NCBI GenBank assembly: GCA_964016885.1
Contig: OZ024740.1
Span: 266,104,001 to 266,168,000 of the forward strand
Reading direction: 5' to 3'
Source of the DNA: Eledone cirrhosa
Lineage: Eukaryota
DNA length: 64,000 nucleotides
Shown here: positions 54,615 to 64,000 of the stretch, piece by piece
How positions within the stretch are numbered: the first letter of the stretch is position 1
Layout of the letters: the number at the start of each line of letters is the position of its first letter
Program-made: the position numbers and the translations under genes
The notes under the pieces: model-generated
Databases searched by the model: none
Told to the model about the DNA's origin: nothing
What the model saw: the letters and a program-made list of their open reading frames with translations, nothing else

Positions 54615-54615
54615 T

Positions 54616-54708
<93 letters not shown>

Positions 54709-54740
54709 CATGCATACGTGTGTGCGTCTGTACGTACATA
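53250..54740. repeat. Compound (TA)/(CA)/(ATGT) microsatellite region
   Basis: Directly visible. Confidence 0.9.
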
Positions 54741-55208
54741 CGCACAGTAATATACTCATATACATTTACATCAAGTTATTTACATATATACCATTAAAAA
54801 TATTTGTATACATACACATACACATTCATGTAAAAACCTATATGTATTTTTGCGTGTTCGTTCATATATTTTTATCATTATTATAACTATACCCATTTTA
54901 TTTTTTGCTCTTTATTCCTTACATCCTATAAAAATCTATGTGTTGGTTTCCTTTGATGAGGTGTATAAGAAAAGCAATTTCAAGTATCGCTATGTATATT
55001 TGATTGTTTCCTCTCTGTTTGCATATAAATATTTGTTTTGATTTAAAGACACATATTTTACAATTACTATCTTTTTCATCAGAGAATTCACCGGTCGGTT
55101 ATGGTTATGAAAAAAGTCTGTCGGCGGTCGGTCAGTGTACGCTTTTTGAGAGAACTGTGCATACACAGATATCCACATATATGTACATATGTTTACACAC
55201 AAGCTCAT

Positions 55209-55240
<32 letters not shown>

Positions 55241-55684
55241 GTATATATATTTATATATATATATATATATATTTAATTTATATATATATATATATATATA
55301 TATATCGCTCTGGTCGTACGTGTGACACAACAATTATACCCGTGATGGTCTTAGCCTCCACATTTGTTGTTTATAGTTGGTTATTGCACTGCAACGTATG
55401 CGTGCAGGAATATTTCTGGCATACATACATACATACATACATACATACATACGTACGTATCGTCCCCGTTGGGAATCTATCATATTCGGTAAGATGTATA
55501 ATTGTCTTACGTTCTTCTTTCTTTCCTTCTATTATACCCACCCTTTTAATACATACACACACACACACCTTACTACCTTCCTTTTTATTCAACCATTTTT
55601 CTTTCTACGCCTCTGTCGGAATGCAATTCCTTTCGCATTCATTGTTGTTTTCCTTTCCTAACCGACTGATATACATAAATATAT

Positions 55685-55745
<61 letters not shown>

Positions 55746-55748
<3 letters not shown>

Positions 55749-57012
55749 TAATAAAAATAATGAATAAAAACAAAGAAACAGTTCCTTATATTAAAAAATT
55801 CATCATTTTACGATCGTTTCTAGGATATATATGTGTGTGTTGGTATGTATATCATATAGATCTATGTAAAAATTTTACAAACTATCAGAGGGAATATACA
55901 TACCTACACATATAATGCTGTCTTCAGAAATAATGATATTTGTTTATTGAAAAAGACCAACAAAGATTTAATATAATAGGTCTGTTTGGGAACAGGTTTT
56001 GAATTGACCAATAGAAAGGTAGTAAGTGGTCAAGATGATAGAATAGTAGTAATAGAAATTTAATTTAGGGGTAGAGGAAAGCAGACTTCAGTTTTGAATG
56101 GAAAGAGTATTTTGAATGAAAAGATTACTTTGGGGATGAAAATAAATCAAGCCGGTGAAAGGTACACGAAAATTTGATGTTATAAAAGAATAATGCTAAT
56201 GTTAAAATCTAAGGAGAATAAAATTTTACGATAAATGTGTTAGTGAAAAATATCAATCTTATTTAAAACATAAGGAATTTACATCTATAAAAAGAAAATA
56301 AATTAATTTAATTGATAGGTATATTTATATTGATAAATTTATATTAATTCATATAGATATGATAAATAAGAGTTAGATGTAATTGAAGAATGTTGTTAAA
56401 AACGAAGGGAAAAAAAAAAATAATAATAATTGGGGGGGGGGGATAAATGTATTAGTGAGAAATAACAAATTTATATAAATTACAAGGAATATAGATTCAT
56501 AACCTGAAATTAAAATAGTTTATATGTATACTTATTGGTATAAATGTTAGGAAAAGATAGCTGCAAAAGGGAAATAAAATTATGCAGTTCATTAGTAGTA
56601 GAATATTAATTATAGGTTAACTAATTTAAAAAAAAATGTTATTATAATAATTTGTAAAGTGTATATTAATTAGGTTTATAATATTTAAACGTTCTTCTAA
56701 TTTTATGATTACATGATATAATTAATTCTTGTCGCTTATTTAATAGGATATCCTTAGATTTCATTATTTAAAAAAGTTCCTGGGAACATAATCTACAGTC
56801 ATATCTATTATTTTGATAAGGGGTGGCCCTTTTGAGCAGACTCCAGGTCAGGTTATAATCGATATTCTTTTTTCTATAATTATTAATTATTTCAGCTAAG
56901 GATGTTGTATTAGCTAATGCGGCATTTTTTAAAATGTGTTTGTGGGTATTAAATCTTACTTTAAATTGGTTAGAAGTAGCTCATATATATGAATAAGTTG
57001 AGTCCTTATATC
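55746..57012 (-). mobile_element. Naiad-like PLE 3' fragment (GIY-YIG at about 56670-57010 plus 3'UTR)
   Basis: YSYI*ATSNQFKVRFNTHKH..TTSLA..TW..CRLC..LLNKRQEL..CNH; (TA)n on both sides. Confidence 0.8.
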
Positions 57013-57100
57013 CTATATATATATATATATATATACGTTATTCCGGGTTGAATCGGAGGTAACCACAGTAAGTAAGGTACTCAATACATTGCAGAGTATA

Positions 57101-57337
<237 letters not shown>

Positions 57338-57566
57338 AAAGAATACAGATGTAACAGACGAGTTGTGATATATTAGTAAAAGGAAAAGAAAATGCTGACA
57401 AATTTTTCCCAGTGAAAAATAGTTTAATTAGGAATAAGAATAAATTAGTAATAAGTATTGGTTAGTATTCAGTTTTAGTTTTACATTTTTACCGGTTGCG
57501 CATTTCTAATGATTTTCAATAATATTTTTTAGATAGAGCGCCCGTGATGTTTGCTCTAATCTGGAT

Positions 57567-57788
57567 TACAATCCTTTAAAATTTATAATGGTATTAGAAT
57601 GAAATAGCATGGGAGAATATTAAATGTTAAGTGTTAATTGAACAAGTACTTTCATGCTTTCGCAATCTTCAGAATATGAACCTGAAGATTGTGAAAGCAT
57701 GAAAGTACTTGTTCAATTAACACTTAACATTTAATATTCTACCATACCATTTCATTCTAATACCATTATAAATTTTAAAGGATTGTAA
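57567..57788. repeat. Fold-back with back-to-back hammerheads, different family
   Basis: Cores 57650-57672(-) and 57682-57704(+): CTGAAGA-t-tgc gaaa gca-t-GAAA on the minus arm. Confidence 0.85.
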
Positions 57789-58034
57789 ATAAAACGAGTA
57801 AATCAGACAAAGTTGGAATTCATTTTATTAATATATATATAATGTATAAAAATCAATACAATATAATGACCTCATTACCAGAGGTTTCCCGAATAAGGCG
57901 AATACGAAAGAAACGTCTTCATTCGTTCGTCAGACGAGGCAATATATGATTTTTATACATTAAATTTTGCTCTGGTACTTACATAGAGCACTCTTCACTT
58001 CTATGACCTTTTCTGTTTTCAACGGAAATTTCAT

Positions 58035-58076
<42 letters not shown>

Positions 58077-58298
58077 TAGAGGTTATATGAAAGCGCACCA
58101 TAATCTGCCTTGGTGGCCCTTGAAATATGTATAATAAAATAAATATGGTTTTATAAATATAGTTTCCATTTGTTAATATATTGTTTTTGATAATATTTGT
58201 GTATTATTCAAGTAGCGAGGTATAGGTAACTCATACACTATAGAAACAATTGTTACCTAATAAATTCTATATAGCCGCATTTCCATTTCGTAAATTTT

Positions 58299-58513
<215 letters not shown>

Positions 58514-58569
58514 TATATGTAACTTTTCTTAGTAAATGAACAAACCCGAGCAACGCCCGGCTAAACTGG

Positions 58570-60290
58570 TTAGCCGGGCGTTGCTCGGGTTTGTTCATTT
58601 GCTAAGAAAAGTTACATACAGGCAAACGTAGCTTGAAAGCGCATAAGCTTATCAATTAAGTGCATAAAGCAGTTGAACCGGTTATTAATAGTTACGAACC
58701 AATTAGCATTTTGGACAATCAATGTTGGGTTAATAATCTTCCAATACTGAATTTAGTAGACCAAAGTTGCAAGATTGTGGCCGTGGTGCCGCTGGGTGTC
58801 AGATCTGTTCGCTATGGGTGACCCTACCAGTTTTCCAGACGGCATAGCTCCAACACCTCCAACGCCTGCACCAACATCTATAGCACCTCTTTGTAGACGA
58901 TATTGCATGTCATCCCTTGACGAGTGTAAGCAAAAAGTTCATTCCTGCTCCCTACGGGAGAACAGGCAACATAAGTTGGCCATGGGAGATTAGCCAGTTT
59001 CAGTCTGAACACTCTATCAATGAGGTCATGTCTGTTCGAATAATTTTGTCCAGGAAAAGGTTCACGGGTTACATTCAGATTCATATGTCTATAGCATTAA
59101 TCTGTAAAATGAAGTGTTATTTTGCGGGTTGTTATTTGCAATAAGCCGATTGAAAATGCCCCAGATAAGCTGTGTGCCAATACGGAACGCTCCACTGCAG
59201 TGTTGTCATATAGTGAGTGAAGAGCGACAGAGAGAGTAGAGCAGTTAAATTATAGAGAGGGGGAATATACGTAACGCTCCATTTGATCATATACATTGTT
59301 TCTCTCTCTGCAGTGTTGTCATATAGGGAGTAAAGAGCGACAGAGAGAGTAAAGCAGTTAAATTATAGAGAGAGGGCATATAGGGAACGCGCCATTTGAT
59401 CATATACATTCTTTCTCTCTCTGCAGTGTTGTCATATAGGGAGTGAAGAGCGATAGAGAGAGTAAAGCAGTTAAATTATAGAGAGGTAGAATGATCATGA
59501 TCGATTTTTGCCCTTATTGTTGATTGATTTCAAATTGTTTTGCTTCATGGCTTTCTCCTGACCAAAAGCATTAATTGTCCTGACTTTGAATAGAATCACA
59601 TGAAAAGAGTTTTCTCAATTTTTTGTCTCATATTGAGAAAAACAAAGAAAGAAAATTACAAAAAGGACAACAATAAAATATAATGTCTTTGTTGAGAATC
59701 ATGTAAATAAATGCTTAAGCGTCGTTATTGTTACGTTTATTGTTCTATAAATTCATCTGTTGCTTTTGAGTATTTCTTATTTGATGTAAAATGTGTGTAA
59801 AATGTAACGTTGAGAGAGCAGTATGTATTTAGTGTTATCGGCCTGTTAAATTTTGCTATTTGATGTATGAATGTCGTTATGACTGTTTGTTGCTTAGGTT
59901 TCAAAGTTTGTGTCGCGTTCCTTCAAAAGAAGTTTTCTAAACAGTAAAGGGTAGTAGACGGAGGCAGTAACCTTTTAAAGAGAGTTGCAGAGGAGATTGA
60001 GAGTGGAGTAGAGGAAAAAATGAACCTTTTAAAGAGAGTTGCAACATATATGTAGTTTCATATATTTTGATGGTAGTAGTGAGAGGAATGAAGCGTGTAA
60101 GAGAGAGGGTTACAGCATGTATTTAGATTTATCGATTTTTTTTCATAGAAGCAGGAAACTTTTGGCAAAAATAATTATGCGTTGAGCTGCCCTGGTAAAT
60201 TTGGAGCACATTGGAAAAAAATTCATCAAAATCGGTAGAGAAATGTGGAAATGCATAAAAATCATACACACACACAGACAGACATCTACC

Positions 60291-60298
<8 letters not shown>
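58570..60298 (-). mobile_element. Non-autonomous Helitron (family of 30722-32171)
   Basis: Collinear reverse-complement match; 5' TC lost in (TA)n; 3' end folded back. Confidence 0.9.
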
Positions 60299-60371
<73 letters not shown>

Positions 60372-60393
60372 AATCTTTCTAATTTCTCATTCT

Positions 60394-60431
60394 TTCTTCT
60401 GATGAAGGACTAGCGTCCGAAACGTTAAGAC
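60394..60431 (+). ncRNA. Minimal hammerhead ribozyme motif
   Basis: tctt-CTGATGA-a-ggac tagc gtcc-GAAA-cg-TTA-aga, in a 120-nt island between (TA)n tracts. Confidence 0.8.
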
Positions 60432-60499
60432 CCTCTTCCTGCTATTTCAAGCGATTGTTTTGTTATTTCAGTTTACCTTTTACATATATATATATATAT

Positions 60500-61575
60500 A
60501 TAAACTCAAATGTGGCAAGGCCGCTGGGGAAGATGAAATCTGGCCCGAAATGTTAAAAGCCTTAAATAGAGAAGGTATTCTCTGGCTGATTCGTGTGAGC
60601 CGGGTGACCTGGATCTCTGGAAAGAGAACTAAGCTATGGTAATCGGAGTGATAATACCAATTTTTCAAAAGAGAGGCAAGAGAGATTGTTCCAATTACAG
60701 AGAGATCTCCTTGTTAAGCTACCCCGGTAAAATTTATGCTAAGCGTCTGGCAAAAAGATGCAGGAAGATTGTTCAGTCTAAGCTAACTGATGAACAGTGC
60801 GGTTTTCACTCCGGATATAGCACAGTCGACTAAAATCGTGAGAGTATTGCCAGAGGTATATTTTTGTTTTATCGACCTTGAAAAGGCATATGAGCACTTT
60901 CCTCGAAACCGTTGCGGAAAGTTCTGCAGGAGTATTGGATCGATGGTCAGCTTCTTGCTGTTTTGATGTCTCTATACGAATGCCTGATTATTTGTGTTCA
61001 GATAAATGGTACTAAATCGAAACCATTCAATGTAGGAGTATGACTCCGCCAAGAGTGCGCACAGTCACGTCTCCGGTTCATTTTTTTACATGAACAGGAT
61101 TGACATGCACAGCCGGGTTGGAAGTAGTATTATGACTGGCGGGAGCAAAATAAGTTGGCTAGAATTTCAGACGACATGGTATTACTAAACTCGAGAGAAG
61201 ATGATCTCCGTCATGCACTTGATACGTTTGATGCCGAGTGTTGCATGGCTGGGATGAAAATCAGCGCTGCTAGAGACACTCATCCTCTCAAGAAAGCCTG
61301 CGAAGTGCACTCTACATGTGACTGGATTTCCACTGAAGCACGCACAGAAGTTCAAGAATCTCGGGCCACGACCACGAGTGATTGAACGCATGAGGCTGAA
61401 TTATGTGCAAGAATTGCAGGAGCTGGTGCAGTAATGCGCCAGCTTCAGCATTCGGTAGTCAGAAGAAGGTAGGTGGGTTTAGCAGCCAAATTCACTCTAC
61501 TGAATTTGAACTCTTCTGTCATGACCCGCTGGAAGGAGTGTTTGAGGACGTTTCCCCACGACCCTCTCAGGAAGA
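60500..61575 (+). pseudogene. Decayed RTE-type LINE RT fragment
   Basis: GKAAGEDEI.PEMLK, NYREISLLS.PGK, EQCGF, FIDLEKAY; many disruptions. Confidence 0.8.
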
Positions 61576-61631
61576 AGAAGACACACACATACATATGTAT
61601 ATGTGTGTGTCTGTGTGTATGGGGGGGGGGG

Positions 61632-61712
<81 letters not shown>

Positions 61713-61728
61713 TTATAATACACTAGAC

Positions 61729-61896
61729 CAGGGTTTCCAAAACTTTTTCAAACGCGGAACCCTTTTTGGTTCAGAAACTTTTGGGGGAACCTCAAAGTCT
61801 AATAGTGTTATGTGGTCATATTATAAATATTCCCCTCTACCATTTTTTCACGGAACCCCAGACACTTTTTTGCGGAACCCACTTTGGGAACCGCTG
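61729..61896. mobile_element. hAT (Charlie-like) MITE
   Basis: TIR CAGGGTTTCCAAA / TTTGGGAACCGCTG; perfect 8-bp TSD CACTAGAC at 61721 and 61897. Confidence 0.9.
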
Positions 61897-61956
61897 CACT
61901 AGACTAACACAGAGATACAAAAACAAGGTTCACACACACACACATATATGTATATG

Positions 61957-61989
<33 letters not shown>

Positions 61990-61992
<3 letters not shown>

Positions 61993-64000
61993 GTGTTAAA
62001 CAATATTCAATGATTATGTCAAAGAATGAGTTTTACAGTAGATTTTACAGTAGAGGAAGCACTGTACGAAAAATAATTTTCTGGAGTTATTAATATTAAA
62101 ATATAAATATTAATAAAATAGACGTTCTTTTGATCCATTACATTTTATTATACATATTTCGGATGTACAACAGTACGTCCTCATCAGACAAAATATAATG
62201 ATACATGACATACCCTGAGATGTTAAATGGTTAAGATTTAATCAAGGTAGTGATTAAGAAAAAACGTTGCATACAGTAACTGTTCTAAAGGTTTTAAAAT
62301 GTATGATACTACGATATATCTAGGAAAACGTCTCATGAATCATAACAGCCAGTGATAGCCACTGGAAAAGGATTTATAAAGAGGGAAAAATAAAGGGGGG
62401 GGGATGATATATATACAGAAGGAGATTTTTTCCGAAAGTTAAATGGTTAAATTTGAAAATATTTCATTTATATTAGGGTGAAGACTCCAGATTTCAGGAT
62501 TATTTGCTGGTCATTTATATATTATTTTTATAAATTCGATAAGTGTGTTATCATTTCTAAACTTCTGAATTTTATGAGGGTAACATTTAAAGTATTTAGC
62601 TGGCACATAAAGAATGAAATATTATACTGTTGATTATTTAACTAAATTTAACCTTTAACAAAAATACCAACATATTAGGTATGTAAAGCTTTTGAAGTAC
62701 TTATTGTTATAAATATTTAAATATCTATTATGCATATAGGTATATATTAATGAGTCAGTATGTTTAAGGTAAATAATAACGACGAAGATAAAAATAAAAT
62801 AAGATAATAGATTGAAGCATGTTAAGGATAAATATACACCTATGTATAACTGGGTGTAAATGTACTAATTATTCTTCAACCAAGATATCAACATATTATT
62901 AGAAACAGGGAGGTATATATATAGAAATATATTAGGTATTATTAGTGTAGTATACTTTAGGTAAATGATAACAGTTATAATTTTATAAAGTAGAGTTCAG
63001 CGTGTTACATTTAAATACATATATATATATATATAAGAAAAACAATAATGAGTGCATGGATAATTCAGAGTTCAAAATAATATCTATAATAATTTTTAGT
63101 TTGGATATTTTCTCTAGATTTGAATCATATATATATAGAAATGTGGTAGGTATAATTAAAAGTATTTAAAAATATATAAAATATAATATATAACTACATA
63201 CATATTATAATACATTATATTATAAATAAGAGATCAAAAATTCACATTTATATATAAGTTTGAATTTGTATTAAATTTTAGATTTTATAGTGCAGTAAAT
63301 ATATTTAAAAGAAATATATGCATATACTATATTATATTATACTATAAGTAAGAGATCAAAGATTCATAAAATGTATGGATTGTGTATTAAACTATAATTT
63401 AAAAGAGATCAAAAATGTATTAAAAATTAACAGTTATAGATAAATTCCGTAAATATGTAAGGATTAGGTATTATACTAAATTATAAGCATAGATAAGAAG
63501 ATAGATAGAGAAATAAGGAAATAAAGAAATGATGGTATTGATCAAAGTTAACAAAATAATGTTGTGTGTATCAATATTTAAGCATGTTAATGAACAAGTG
63601 TCATTTATTCGAGCGTTGTTTCTTCTATAGATAGCTATAAAATAAAGCAATATTAAAGACCATTAATGTTTTTCATTGTTGATTATATATTCCTGATAAC
63701 CGAGTTATTATTGGTTTGGTGTTATTGCTTCTTTTTTTTTCTCGTTTTATGTGAGGCTAAAAAAGTGGACGTAGCTTTATGGAGGCAACTAGAGAATAAT
63801 TCACTTTTTTTGTTAATTAGGGTCTCATAGTTATTAATAATCAACAGGGTCTCCATTGTACAGAGCGGGCAGTTATTTGATATACTAGAGTTGCGGTAAA
63901 TTCCACAGTTCCGAAGTTTTGTCCAAAGAATGGAGTATTTTAAATTCTTCTCTTTTAATGACCATATGAGCTGTGATAAAGACGTGGATGATTTCCTCTT
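61990..64000 (-). mobile_element. Naiad-like PLE 3' part running off the window
   Basis: 63740-64000 encodes STSLSQLIWSLKEK..CPLC..E..INKKSELFSSCLH; hammerhead 62157-62187(-); terminus resembles 7100-7250. Confidence 0.85.

Overview
AT-rich animal genomic DNA made almost entirely of transposons and microsatellites. The SINE families and (TA)n/(CA)n load suggest an octopus-type cephalopod, which is inference. No host exon could be supported. Contents: a full-length RTE-clade LINE with an open 1189-aa ORF and three ORF-deleted relatives; decayed RTE, CR1, R4/Dong and Tx1 LINEs; three non-autonomous Helitrons; SINEs and MITEs; and many Penelope-like (PLE, largely Naiad-like) 3' ends in (TA)n, carrying about 25 hammerhead cores and often arranged as fold-back palindromes. 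Two signals stand out. (1) A covarying bulged hairpin, ACTC-[stem-loop]-NN-GAGT, recurs about 18 times across otherwise unalignable PLE 3' tails. The second fold-back arm usually joins (TA)n 1-6 nt upstream of it, once through a 13-mer reiterated four times in telomerase-like fashion. (2) A covarying long-range stem loops out the whole RTE ORF and is kept in the ORF-less copies. All calls were made by eye; degenerate boundaries are approximate.
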